Shown: in pieces, positions 1 to 9,530 of the stretch
How the letters are laid out: each line of letters begins with the position of its first letter
Position numbering within the stretch: position 1 is the first letter of the stretch
DNA from: an uncultured Planctomycetota bacterium
GTDB lineage: Bacteria > Planctomycetota > Planctomycetia > Isosphaerales > Isosphaeraceae
Length of the DNA stretch: 64,000 bases
NCBI GenBank assembly: GCA_963845755.1
Contig: CAWJTV010000042.1
Span: 224,001 to 288,000 of the forward strand
Direction of reading: 5' to 3'
Translations under genes and position numbers: made by a program
The notes under the pieces: model-generated
What the model saw: the letters and a program-made list of their open reading frames with translations, nothing else
The model's database searches: none
What the model was told of the DNA's origin: nothing

Positions 1-1
1 G

Positions 2-709
2 GTCCTGAACTCGATCGTTCCCCTACCGGATTGCCAGGTCCATTCGCCCTTGATGAGCCTCCCCGCGGTACTGGGAACGACCCTGGAAACCCTGCCGGCG
101 AATGTGCCGTACCTTTCGGCGGACCCGAGCAGCATCGAGCGCCGGCGCCTCATCGTGAAACAGTCCGTCGCCGACGGAGCGGAACGGGAGACCGACGCGT
201 CGAGTGGCGGCCGGCGAGCCATCCGGATCGGGATCGCCTGGCAAGGGAACTCGCGAAACCGCGCCGATCGTTGGCGATCCATTCCTCTCCGCGTCTTTGC
301 CCATCTCGCCGAAGTGCCCGGAGTCCACTTGATCAGCCTTCAGAAGGGGGAAGGGACAGAGCAAATCGCCGAGCAGGCAGGACGGGTCCTGATCGCCGTG
401 CTCCGCGACCCCGAGAGCAATGGCGAGGACCGTCGCGACCTGCTCGATACGGCCGCCATCATGCAGCATCTCGACCTCGTGATCACGCCCGACACGGCGG
501 TCGCCCACCTGGCCGGTAGTCTGGGCGTGAAGGTCTGGCTCGCCTTGCCCGTCGTGGCCGAATGGCGATGGATGATCGATCGGGAGGATTCTCCCTGGTA
601 TCCGACGATGACCCTCTTCCGCCAGTCCACATCGGGCGACTGGGACGGGGTCTTCCGACGCATGGCCGCTCTCCTGAGAAATGGAGTCCTCGCGCCGGGA
701 AACCCGTAG
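2..709 (+). CDS. C-terminal part of a glycosyltransferase family 9-like (usually TPR-fused) protein; 5' end lies outside the window
   Basis: Frame is open from base 2. Motifs PLMSLP..LG, IGIAWQGN, SLQKG, DLVITPDTAVAHLAGSLG and WRW..DREDSPWYPTMTLFRQ...GDW are typical of TPR-GT9 proteins. Confidence 0.85.
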   Translation, partial: VLNSIVPLPDCQVHSPLMSLPAVLGTTLETLPANVPYLSADPSSIERRRLIVKQSVADGAERETDASSGGRRAIRIGIAWQGNSRNRADRWRSIPLRVFAHLAEVPGVHLISLQKGEGTEQIAEQAGRVLIAVLRDPESNGEDRRDLLDTAAIMQHLDLVITPDTAVAHLAGSLGVKVWLALPVVAEWRWMIDREDSPWYPTMTLFRQSTSGDWDGVFRRMAALLRNGVLAPGNP

Positions 710-845
710 TCCCGACGCCGGCTACCGAGTTCGGAGAGTTTGGTTACGGGAAGCTTGGCTCGGGACACCATGGTCGGTTAGAAATGTATTGCATCTCGTT
801 CTTCAGCGTCGGGTCTGACATCTTCGAGTCGAGGGGAGCGACGCC

Positions 846-1076
846 GTGGATGAAAAGCATGTGGTGGCGATCTGCATGGGCATCGCCTTCCTGATCACCG
901 GTTTTTTTCTCACGACCAACGAGAAGGTCGCGGCCTGGGGCCTGAGACATGGGAACGCCACGGTCTGGGTGAAGTTGCTCGGCCCGGAGCGCGCCCTGAA
1001 GCTGACGCGTTACGTCTTCGGTCCCTTGAGCATACTGCTGGGGTTGGGTGGGCTGGCGCTGGGCTTTTTCGACTGA
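846..1076 (+). CDS. Small membrane protein, two predicted TM helices (76 aa)
   Basis: GTG start after GAGGGGAG; hydrophobic segments VVAICMGIAFLITGFFL and YVFGPLSILLGLGGLALGFF. Confidence 0.6.
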   Translation: MDEKHVVAICMGIAFLITGFFLTTNEKVAAWGLRHGNATVWVKLLGPERALKLTRYVFGPLSILLGLGGLALGFFD

Positions 1077-1116
1077 AGGTTGAGCCAGTCAGCTCAAATG
1101 GGAGGAGTCTTCGCGG

Positions 1117-1731
1117 ATGCTCCGAAGCGTGTGGCTGGTCCATCCCGAAAACGCGATGTGCTCGGCGTTCGAGAACCGATTCGCCGGGCTGCCCAATGTC
1201 CGGGTCATCCGAGGCGCGTTCGAGGACCTGGAGCCGCACGACTGCTTCGTGACCGCCGGCAATGCGTTCGGCATGATGACCGCCGGCATCGACGCGGCCG
1301 TGGCCCGATTCTTCGGTGAGGGCCTGGTCGATCGCGTCCAGCACCAGATCATGGACCGGTTCCTGGGCGAGCAACCGGTCGGGACCGCGTTCATCCTGGC
1401 CACCGGCCACGCGTCGATACCGTACCTCGCGCACGCTCCGACGATGCGGGTGCCGGGGAGTATCGCCGGTACCGACAAGGTCTACGGCGCGACCTGGGCC
1501 GCCCTGCTGTCGGTCCACGCCCACAATTTGGCCAGCCATGAGAAAATCGAAACGGTCGCCCTGCCCGCCATGGGGACGGGCTTCGGCGGCGTCCCGTTCG
1601 ACGAGGCCGCCCGACAGATGGCGGCGGCCTACCGCCACTACCTCGAACCGCCGCACCGGCTCGACTGGGACTTCGTCGTCAGCCGCCAGAAGGCGATTTG
1701 TTATGATGAGGATCGGCAGGTTGTTCGGTGA
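1117..1731 (+). CDS. Macro domain (Appr-1-p processing / ADP-ribose-binding) protein
   Basis: GGAGGAG RBS. Macro motifs D.FVTAGNAFGMMTAGIDAAV, YLAHAPTMRVP and VALPAMGTGFGGVP. Confidence 0.88.
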   Translation: MLRSVWLVHPENAMCSAFENRFAGLPNVRVIRGAFEDLEPHDCFVTAGNAFGMMTAGIDAAVARFFGEGLVDRVQHQIMDRFLGEQPVGTAFILATGHASIPYLAHAPTMRVPGSIAGTDKVYGATWAALLSVHAHNLASHEKIETVALPAMGTGFGGVPFDEAARQMAAAYRHYLEPPHRLDWDFVVSRQKAICYDEDRQVVR

Positions 1732-1764
1732 CGCGTTCCCGCTCGAACTTGCTTGGAGATCACT

Positions 1765-2124
1765 ATGCCGGTAGTGCGGGTCGGAACCACGCGGATGGGA
1801 TCGGCTGTCAGCGAGGTTCCCCTCGTCGATCTGCGTCCCCTCCACTCGGTACCTCGACCGGGGATGCCGCCGAATCATATCCAGGACTTGGCGAACCAGA
1901 TTCGAACAAATGGCTACGATATGTCGCAACCTATCCCGGTGGCCCGCATGCCGGACGGGCGATTGGTTCAATTGGGTGGACACCATCGAGCAGAGGCCAT
2001 GCGGCGACTTGGGGAAACGACCATCCCCGCGAGGATTGTGGACTGGAACTTCATCGACCCCGGCGTGCGTAGAATGTATCGCCAGCTATTCCCGAACTTC
2101 CCGTGGGATGACTTCATCCAATGA
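1765..2124 (+). CDS. Stand-alone ParB/sulfiredoxin-fold (ParB N-terminal-like) protein, 119 aa
   Basis: GGAG then ATG at 1765. Pattern I..LA..I...GY...QPIPV.....G......GGHHR..A...LG...IPA.IV is the ParB/Srx core; no HTH or dimerisation domain follows. Confidence 0.78.
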   Translation: MPVVRVGTTRMGSAVSEVPLVDLRPLHSVPRPGMPPNHIQDLANQIRTNGYDMSQPIPVARMPDGRLVQLGGHHRAEAMRRLGETTIPARIVDWNFIDPGVRRMYRQLFPNFPWDDFIQ

Positions 2125-2453
2125 GTACCAAACTTTCCTCCTGGTATGCCTTCAGCGACGAGGGAGCTAACACTCTGCGATGTGCGGCGTGCCATTCGGT
2201 CATTGATCTCGGAGATTCGATGCTCGACCACCATCCGCGCGTCTGCCCACGCTGCGGGGTGGACTGTGCGTTCCTGAACTGGAAGGGGCGGATGCTCCAG
2301 GTGGTAGCGAGCAATGCACCCTCTGTGATCGAGCGCGCCCTGAGATTCGCACAGCAGGACTTCGATGAGCTGGAGTACGCCGAGTTCGTCGTAGCCCTGG
2401 AGAAGTTAATGGACGATTTGTACGCCGCCAGCCTGACCGAGCGTTGTACCTGA
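2121..2453 (+). CDS. Zn-ribbon protein (CxxC...CxxC) with an acidic helical C-terminus; possible partner or immunity protein
   Basis: ATGA overlap with the ParB-like gene stop; CAAC and CPRC motifs. Confidence 0.7.
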   Translation: MSTKLSSWYAFSDEGANTLRCAACHSVIDLGDSMLDHHPRVCPRCGVDCAFLNWKGRMLQVVASNAPSVIERALRFAQQDFDELEYAEFVVALEKLMDDLYAASLTERCT

Positions 2454-2481
2454 TCCTGACGCGTCATTGGGTTCCGTGGAT

Positions 2482-3372
2482 TCACGCTTTCTCCCGGTCG
2501 GGCGTCCCCGCTGTAAAGTACGCCTGATCCCGCCGCTCCCAGTCGGAATAGCCCAGCAGATCATAGAGTTCGGCGCGGGACTGCATCCGGGCCAGAAGCT
2601 CGCGCTGAGTCCCTTGCTGGATCAACGTTTCCAGAACCTGCTCCGCGGCGCGCATCGCGGCGCGGAAGGCGGTCAGCGGATAGATGGCGGCCTTGTATCC
2701 CAGGGACGCCAGCTCGTCGAAGGGGATCAGCGGACTGCGGCCGAACTCGGTCATGTTGGCCAGGAGCGGAGCCGGTACGGATCGAGCGAAACGGGCAAAC
2801 TCGTCGGCCGACTCCAGGGCTTCGGGAAAAATCATATCGGCGCCGGCGGCGAGGTATTCGTGCGCCCGCCGGACCGCCGCGTCGAACCCTTCGACCGTCC
2901 GCGCATTGGTCCGCGCGACGATCACGAAGTCCGGATCGCGACGGGCCGCGACGGCCGCCCGAATCTTGGCCGCCATCGACGACGCATCGACCAGTCCTTT
3001 ACCCGAGAGATGGCCGCAGCGCTTCGGCAACACCTGATCTTCCAGGTGCAGCCCGGCGACACCGGCCTCTTCGTAGAGCCGGATGGTTCGTTCGACGTGG
3101 ATGGCTTCGCCGAAGCCGGTGTCGGCATCGCAGAGGACTGGCAACATCGTCGCGCGCGCCAGCACCGCTGCTTGCTCGGCGAACTCGGTCTGGGTTAACA
3201 GGCCGATATCCGGCAGCCCCGCCCAGCCGGCCGAGAGCGCGCCTCCCGAGAGATAAACCGCCCGGAAGCCCAGTCGCTCCGCTAGCTTGGCTACGAGTGC
3301 ATTGAACGCGCCCGGGATCATGATTGGTCCGGCCGCCCAGGCCGCTCGTAGTCGGGCTCCCGGTGACATCAT
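2482..3372 (-). CDS. prpB: 2-methylisocitrate lyase (ICL/PEP mutase family)
   Basis: YLSGG, GLPDIG, DADTGFG, HLEDQ..PKRCGH, IFPEA and LANMTEFG motifs. Confidence 0.9.
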   Translation of the reverse strand: MMSPGARLRAAWAAGPIMIPGAFNALVAKLAERLGFRAVYLSGGALSAGWAGLPDIGLLTQTEFAEQAAVLARATMLPVLCDADTGFGEAIHVERTIRLYEEAGVAGLHLEDQVLPKRCGHLSGKGLVDASSMAAKIRAAVAARRDPDFVIVARTNARTVEGFDAAVRRAHEYLAAGADMIFPEALESADEFARFARSVPAPLLANMTEFGRSPLIPFDELASLGYKAAIYPLTAFRAAMRAAEQVLETLIQQGTQRELLARMQSRAELYDLLGYSDWERRDQAYFTAGTPDREKA

Positions 3373-3538
3373 GCGGCATCCCTCCTCGAATGGATGACTG
3401 GAGCTCCGCCCGACGCAACGCCTATTGTACCATGAGGTGCTGCCGGACTGGACAATCCGTGTACAATGGGTGCAAGAGGCGCATCAAATCGCGCCCGGTT
3501 TCAACTCGGCCCTGCATCAATGCGGTCAGGAAGCGATC

Positions 3539-4780
3539 ATGCATGACGATTTCACCAAGATTGAGGACGCGATCCATGCCCTGAAGGAGGGGCGGATCAT
3601 CATCGTCGTCGACGACGAGGACCGGGAGAATGAGGGCGACTTCATCGCGGCGGCGGAGCAGGTCACGCCCGAGACCGTGGAGTTCTTGATCACGCATGGG
3701 CGGGGATTGTTGTGTATGCCCATCTTGCCCGAGGTCGCCGCCCGGCTCCAGCTCGGCCCGATGGTCGATCGCAACACGGCCCCGCACCAGACGCCGTATA
3801 CCGTTCCAGTCGATCACCGATCGTGCCGGACGGGGATCAGCGCCGAGGAGCGGGCGCGGACGGTCCGGGCAATCGTGGATCCTTCGACACGACCCGACGA
3901 CTTCGTGCGCCCGGGACATCTGTTCCCGCTGGTCGCCAAGGAAGGGGGCGTACTCCGCCGCGCCGGGCATACCGAGGCGACCGTCGACCTGGCCCGGCTA
4001 GCCGGCTTGACGCCCGCGGGAATCCTCTGCGAGATCACCGACGGCATCAAGATGGCGGGGCGCGAGAAGCTGCACGAGATCGCCCAGGAACACGGCCTGC
4101 CGATGGTCTCGATCGAGTCTCTGATCAAGTATCGACGCCTCCGCGAGAAGCTGGTGCAGCGGGTCGCCGAGGCCGACCTGCCTACGGTCTACGGCCGCGG
4201 GCGGATCATTGGCTACCGGGTCCAGCACGAGCCGGGCAACGAGCCGGTCGCCATCGTCATGGGCGACCTGGGCTCGGTCGAATCCCCCCTGGTCCGGCTG
4301 CACTCCTCCTGCTTCACCGGCGACCTGCTCGATTCGCTCCGCTGCGATTGCGGCGACCAGCTCCGCATGGCCCTGGAGATGATCGGCGACGAGGGGGCCG
4401 GCGCGCTGATCTACCTGCCGCAGGAGGGGCGGGGCATCGGCCTGATCGAGAAGATCCGCGCCTATAACCTCCAGGACAAGGGGCTCGACACCGTCCAGGC
4501 CAACACGGCCCTGGGCTACCGGGCCGACCCGCGCGACTACGGCATCGGCCTCCAGATCCTCAAGGACCTGGGGCTCTCGAGGGTTCGGCTCCTGACCAAC
4601 AACCCCAAGAAGACCGACGCGTTCGTCTACTACGGCTATGACTTGAAGGTCGTCGACCAGGTCCCGATCGTCGCGCCCGACCGCGCCGAGCGGCGCCACT
4701 ATCTCGACGTCAAGCGCGACAAGCTCGGCCACTTGCTCCCCAGCCGCACCTGTTGCGATGGCGACAACGGCTCGACTTGA
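3539..4780 (+). CDS. ribBA: Bifunctional DHBP synthase / GTP cyclohydrolase II
   Basis: VVDDEDRENEGD, RPGHLFPL, RAGHTEA, VRLHSSCFTGD..SLRCDCG, QEGRGIGL and LLTNNPKK motifs. Confidence 0.96.
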   Translation: MHDDFTKIEDAIHALKEGRIIIVVDDEDRENEGDFIAAAEQVTPETVEFLITHGRGLLCMPILPEVAARLQLGPMVDRNTAPHQTPYTVPVDHRSCRTGISAEERARTVRAIVDPSTRPDDFVRPGHLFPLVAKEGGVLRRAGHTEATVDLARLAGLTPAGILCEITDGIKMAGREKLHEIAQEHGLPMVSIESLIKYRRLREKLVQRVAEADLPTVYGRGRIIGYRVQHEPGNEPVAIVMGDLGSVESPLVRLHSSCFTGDLLDSLRCDCGDQLRMALEMIGDEGAGALIYLPQEGRGIGLIEKIRAYNLQDKGLDTVQANTALGYRADPRDYGIGLQILKDLGLSRVRLLTNNPKKTDAFVYYGYDLKVVDQVPIVAPDRAERRHYLDVKRDKLGHLLPSRTCCDGDNGST

Positions 4781-4892
4781 GGCGCGTTGCTGCCATAGAA
4801 TGTCCTCAGGCTTCGACCTCGATCGGACGGATGAATCTCGGATTCGTCGCGGTGTTCGTCCGGCTTTCCAGGTTTCATCAAAAGGGTTCTTC

Positions 4893-6290
4893 ATGGTCTT
4901 TCATCGTATCAAGTGCACATACCGAGGATGGGCTATCGGGTTGACCCTGGCGTGTCTCGTCGGTATCGGCGTACGAGGAATCGCGCAGATCGCCAAGAGC
5001 AGGGCCCCCCGCGGGGACGATCCCGGCGCCCGGCGTCTGCTCGACCAGGTTTCCAAGGCATATCGGGGCCTGTCGTCCTACGCCGACCAGGGCAAATTCG
5101 TCGTTGCCATGACGCTCGGAGACAAGGTGCACAAGCGAGACCTGCCCCTGAAATTGACCTTCGAACGGCCCAACAAGCTGGATCTCAACGCCGGCGCGGT
5201 CCGGCTCAACAGCGACGGCAAGACCCTCACCACGGTCGTCGAGCCCCTGAAGAAATACACTCAGGCGCCTGCGCCCGAGTCGATCGGGTTCGAGACCTTC
5301 CGCGAAGGGCCGACCAACGCGGCACTCTTCGGCGGTCCGACCGCCCTGCCGATGCACGTACTCCTCAACCTCGTCGTCGGCACGAGTCCGGAGATCCTCG
5401 TGGACCAACTGGGTGCCTCGATCCGGCCCGCGCCGGCGACGGAAGGCGGCAAGACCGAGGGCTCGGCGCTCCTCATCGACCTGATGGAAGGCCCCGATCT
5501 CCTGCTGCGGGTCGATCCATCAACCAAGCTGCTCTCGTCCATCGACCTGAAGCTCGACCCGGCGCAACTGGCCAGGAGTGCCCCACCTGGCCAGACGCTC
5601 TCGATTCAGCAGTTTGGATGGGCCGCGGGCCCCGTCTCGACCCAGGTCGACCCGAAGCGATCGTTCGCCTTCGAAGCCCCGAACGGCTTCACCCGGGTCG
5701 AGTCGCTCGAGCAACAGCAGGGCGCGGGACAGGCCCATAAGTATGCAGTCCAGGAGCACATCGGCAAGCCCGCCCCCGATTTCTCGCTGACCCTCCTCGA
5801 TGGTCCGGGGAAAACCAGGACCATGACCAAGGCCGAGCTGGCCGGCAAGGTCGTGGTGATCGACTTCTGGGCCACCTGGTGTGGGCCCTGCCTGATGGAA
5901 ATGCCCGAGATCCAGAAGCTGATCGAATCGTATGCCAAATCCAAGAAAGACGTCGTGATCGTCGCGCTCAGCCAGGACGAGGAACCGGCCGAGATTTCGG
6001 AGGTCCGCAAGCTCGTCGAGAAGACGCTGGAAGACAAGAAGATCACGCTCACCGGCTCTCCGGTGGGTCGAATCGGGCTGGATCCCAGCAATTCGGTCGG
6101 CAAGGCGCTGGACGTCGAGGGCTATCCCACACTCGTCATCCTGGACGGCAAGGGTGTTGTCCAGTCGGCCCACGTGGGTTTCAATGACGAGGCTGCGGAG
6201 CCCCTTCACAAGTCTCTGGCCAAGGAGATCGATGCGCTGCTGGAGGGGAAGTCGCTGGCACCGACGAAGGACACCGTCAAGACGGAATAG
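4893..6290 (+). CDS. Exported TlpA/redoxin-family thiol-disulfide protein with an N-terminal LolA/DUF2092-like domain
   Basis: N-terminal hydrophobic signal; LTFERPNKL-type N-domain; GKPAPDF...GKVVVIDFWATWCGPC and YPTLVILDGKG. Confidence 0.82.
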   Translation: MVFHRIKCTYRGWAIGLTLACLVGIGVRGIAQIAKSRAPRGDDPGARRLLDQVSKAYRGLSSYADQGKFVVAMTLGDKVHKRDLPLKLTFERPNKLDLNAGAVRLNSDGKTLTTVVEPLKKYTQAPAPESIGFETFREGPTNAALFGGPTALPMHVLLNLVVGTSPEILVDQLGASIRPAPATEGGKTEGSALLIDLMEGPDLLLRVDPSTKLLSSIDLKLDPAQLARSAPPGQTLSIQQFGWAAGPVSTQVDPKRSFAFEAPNGFTRVESLEQQQGAGQAHKYAVQEHIGKPAPDFSLTLLDGPGKTRTMTKAELAGKVVVIDFWATWCGPCLMEMPEIQKLIESYAKSKKDVVIVALSQDEEPAEISEVRKLVEKTLEDKKITLTGSPVGRIGLDPSNSVGKALDVEGYPTLVILDGKGVVQSAHVGFNDEAAEPLHKSLAKEIDALLEGKSLAPTKDTVKTE

Positions 6291-6443
6291 AAGCAGGACG
6301 ATCCGGCCGAGAAAGGAGCGCCGGTTGCGAGACGAGGACCAACCCGTGTTGCGCGGGCGGCTATCGCTCCGTCTATCTTGATATTGAGGAGGCGAGTTCC
6401 TTCAACTCGATTCCGGAAGGGCCCAGTCACGCGAAGCCGGGCC

Positions 6444-7121
6444 CTACGGTTCGGTTTCTTCGCGGGACAGGCCCTCCAGCATCCTGAGTTCGTCGAGCAT
6501 CGCCTGCGGATCGGCAACCAGGAGGTAGTCGGGGATGATGCCGATCTTGACTTTGGTAAAGTCGGTCCTCGGATCGCGCGGCGGCTTTCCGGCGGCTATC
6601 GCCAGGATATCCGGGAATTCGGAGTAGACTGGCTCGATCATGTCGTAAGGCCGGCGAATCGTGGAAACCACCATGGTCTCGCCATCGATCTGGAATCCCT
6701 TGGCAGTGATGACGTACCAGGCCTTCTCCAGACCCCGCTCTTGGGCATACCGGCGGAATCCCTCGAGCAACCGACACGCGGCGGATTCGCTGGGACGCTG
6801 GGCCAGATCAAAAAGAGCCGGGTGCATCCAGAGGCTGATGAGTTCGCTGCGTACGACAACGCCGCCGCTCAACTGAGGTTTCGATGTCGTCACATGGTGA
6901 GCCAGGCGCACGAGGCCGATCGCTCCCGCCATGGCAACAGCCGCCAGTCCGGCCGTTCCCGGCCAGGTGGGGCGTCTTCTCGGTTGATGATCCGACCGGG
7001 ATGCCGGCGGATGTTGCTCCAGGGACCCGAACGCGAGGGATGGCACGGTGTCGAGTCGATTCGGCCGGGTGCGCCGCCATGTCCCCGACCGCTCGGTGTC
7101 TGGCTCATTGGGGTCTTTCAT
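6444..7121 (-). CDS. Hypothetical protein with one TM segment
   Basis: 225-aa ORF with a hydrophobic stretch (AGLAAVAMAGAIGLVRLA) and protein-like composition; co-oriented downstream of the WD40 gene. Confidence 0.55.
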   Translation of the reverse strand: MKDPNEPDTERSGTWRRTRPNRLDTVPSLAFGSLEQHPPASRSDHQPRRRPTWPGTAGLAAVAMAGAIGLVRLAHHVTTSKPQLSGGVVVRSELISLWMHPALFDLAQRPSESAACRLLEGFRRYAQERGLEKAWYVITAKGFQIDGETMVVSTIRRPYDMIEPVYSEFPDILAIAAGKPPRDPRTDFTKVKIGIIPDYLLVADPQAMLDELRMLEGLSREETEP

Positions 7122-7387
7122 CGATCGTCCCTTTCGTCGCGAAGAGGAACGGGCTGGGGGAAGGCGAAGCGAACGCCATCGCGTAGGCCTTCATCGGCGC
7201 AGCACGTTCCGAGTTCACTCGGAAGTGCCTGGATCAAGTTGGCGGCGAGACAGGTCGCCGATTACATGACCGGCGTTGATGAGCCTCGCGTGCGACTGCG
7301 AGCTCGAGGGCTTCGCGTCGAGCCCCGCCGCGGTGACGAGGAGGACGCGGTCGTGCATCGGTCCGTTCGGGCCGCCGGCCCGAGACT

Positions 7388-8471
7388 TCAATCGCCAGAG
7401 GCAAGGGGAAAGGGCCAAAGATGAATGGAGCCGTCGAAACCCCCGGTGGCCAAGGACCGGCCGTCGGGCGCGAACGCCAGTGAGCGAACACCCGCGTGCT
7501 TCAACTGCCCCGGGCGGATCTCGAGCGTCACGAGGTCCCAGAAGGTGATCGCTCCGACATAGTCGGCGGCGGCCAGAATGGTGCCATCGGGGCTGATTCC
7601 CACCGCGAGGACGGCACCGGCAGGACCGCGCAGGGTCGCATGCTCGGCACCCGTGACCACATTCCAGAGCTGCACGACGGGACTTGCCTGATCGCCCAGA
7701 CACAGAAGTCGGCCATCGGGAGAAAACGCCATGGTGACGAACGGGGCCTTTGGGCCGGTGATCGCGAACCGTTCCCGACCGGTCGCGATTTCCCAGATCC
7801 GCGTCGTACGATCACCACCTGTGGAGGCCAGAGTCGCGCCGTCGGGCGCGTACGCCAGGGAGGCAACGAATTCCGTATGTCCGAGAAGGGTTGATCGATG
7901 ACGCCTGGTCGCGGCGTCCCAGAGCGTGATTTTCCCGTCCTGCTGACCTACGGCCAGGGTCGCGGCGTCCGGCGAGAACACCAGGCAGGCGGCGCCGCTC
8001 GTCGCGCCAGGCAAGTCGTCCAACGACCGTGACTCATGGTCTACGAGATCGCGAACCGTAACCGTCGCCGTCGAATTCGCCGTCGCGATAACTCGATTGT
8101 TAGGGCTGAAGGCGGCCCAGCGAACCGGGCCAGGCGCCGGCGATCGATCAGGACTCTCCCGACGCTCCGTCAGGTGGAAGATTGACATCGAGCCGTCCAG
8201 CCCGACTGATGACAGCATCGCGCCGTCCGGCCGGAATGCGATCGACCTGACCGCGCCTGCATTCCCGGTCAGGGATCCTGCTGGCCGGAGACTTCTTGAA
8301 CCCGTCACAGTCGCCGAGGGGACAGGTCGAGGCCCCGACGATCGCACCGAGTAACGCAACTCGCGGCCACGTCACGAGCAACATGCGGACCCGACCGTGG
8401 TCCGATCTCTGGCCCTCTCGTCGACTCGCAATCCGATCGCCTCGCGTCCCGATCGAGTCTTCGAACATCAT
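7388..8471 (-). CDS. WD40 beta-propeller protein; N-terminus joined by an apparent frameshift near 8300-8330
   Basis: About 7 repeats of the form AFSPDG..LA.G..D..I.LWD in 7388-8359. An RBS (GGAGA) and ATG at about 8471, plus a hydrophobic leader (VALLGAIVGA), lie in another frame. Confidence 0.8.
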
Positions 8472-8885
8472 CATTTCTCCCCGGTCCGATGCCACGATGC
8501 TCAGGCAAGCCGCGCGGTATCGAGCCGCGGCGAAGATCGACCCCTCTCGTTGACCTAGAGTATTTTTAAAGATATAGATGATTTCAATCACTAGTTGATA
8601 TCGACTTGGTCGGGCCCTCGATGCCCCGGTTCTCCCGGCCAATCCCGCCTCTCCTCGAAGACACTCCATACCCCATCAACTGCGAAACCGGTTCGTCCTG
8701 GGACAGCGAAAACAAGATTTTGTAAGGGGGCTTCCCTGTCGTCGGGAAAATAATTCGGAATTCCTGTCTCACTCGAGACGGCTCGCGCGGTTTACTGATA
8801 GGAGATGTTAACATACTGGTCCCAGCAGCCGCGTACTGGCTGACAGAGGCTTCCGAGCTGTGTCGCCGATGATCGGGTGTCTTGA

Positions 8886-9530
8886 ATGACCAGCAATTCG
8901 AGTGAAACTAACCGGGTCCTCCAGCAGGCTGCTCAGGGGGATGGGCAGGTCCTGGGGTCATTGCTGTCTCGACACCGAACCCGCCTATGCCGCATGATTG
9001 CCCTACGCCTCGACCGGCGGCTGCAAGGCCGGATCGATCCTTCCGACGTGATCCAGGATGCTTATCTGGAAGCCTCGGCTCGATTGGCCGAATACCTGCG
9101 CAACCCTTCGATGTCGTTCTTCCTGTGGCTTCGATTCCTGACCGGTCAGAAGCTGGTGTCTTTGCATCGGCATCATCTGGGTGTGCAGAAGCGCAACGCG
9201 AGCCAGCAGGTCGCGCTCTATGATGGTTCTCTGCCCGAGGCGTCCTCGGCGGCCTTGGCCGCCCAGCTCCTGGGTCATGATGTCCGTCCCAGCGAGGCCG
9301 CGATCCGCGCCGAGATGAAGCTCCGGGTGCGAGAGGCCCTCGATAGCATGCACCCTCTCGATCGAGAGGTACTGGCGCTACGGCACTTCGAGCAATTGAA
9401 CCGGGCCGAGATTGCGCAGGTGCTCGGTGTATCGGATTCCGCCGCCCGCAAGCGGTACCTCCGAGCTTTGGAAAAGCTCCGACAGATCCTGGGACGCGCA
9501 CCCGGTGGACTGGAAGGACTGCGGCCATGA
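8886..9530 (+). CDS. ECF sigma factor of the planctomycete kinase-associated type
   Basis: RLQGRIDPSDVIQDA (region 2), FFLWLR, and DREVLALRHFEQL...EIAQVLG...ARKRYLRAL (region 4); overlaps the kinase start. Confidence 0.92.
   Translation: MTSNSSETNRVLQQAAQGDGQVLGSLLSRHRTRLCRMIALRLDRRLQGRIDPSDVIQDAYLEASARLAEYLRNPSMSFFLWLRFLTGQKLVSLHRHHLGVQKRNASQQVALYDGSLPEASSAALAAQLLGHDVRPSEAAIRAEMKLRVREALDSMHPLDREVLALRHFEQLNRAEIAQVLGVSDSAARKRYLRALEKLRQILGRAPGGLEGLRP

Noticed and set aside
1765..2124. Chromosome or plasmid partition ParB
   Set aside because: No HTH or dimerisation domain, no parA, no parS seen, and the motif is GGHHR rather than GERR.
3373..3538. FMN riboswitch before ribBA
   Set aside because: Short divergent intergenic region with none of the RFN conserved blocks.
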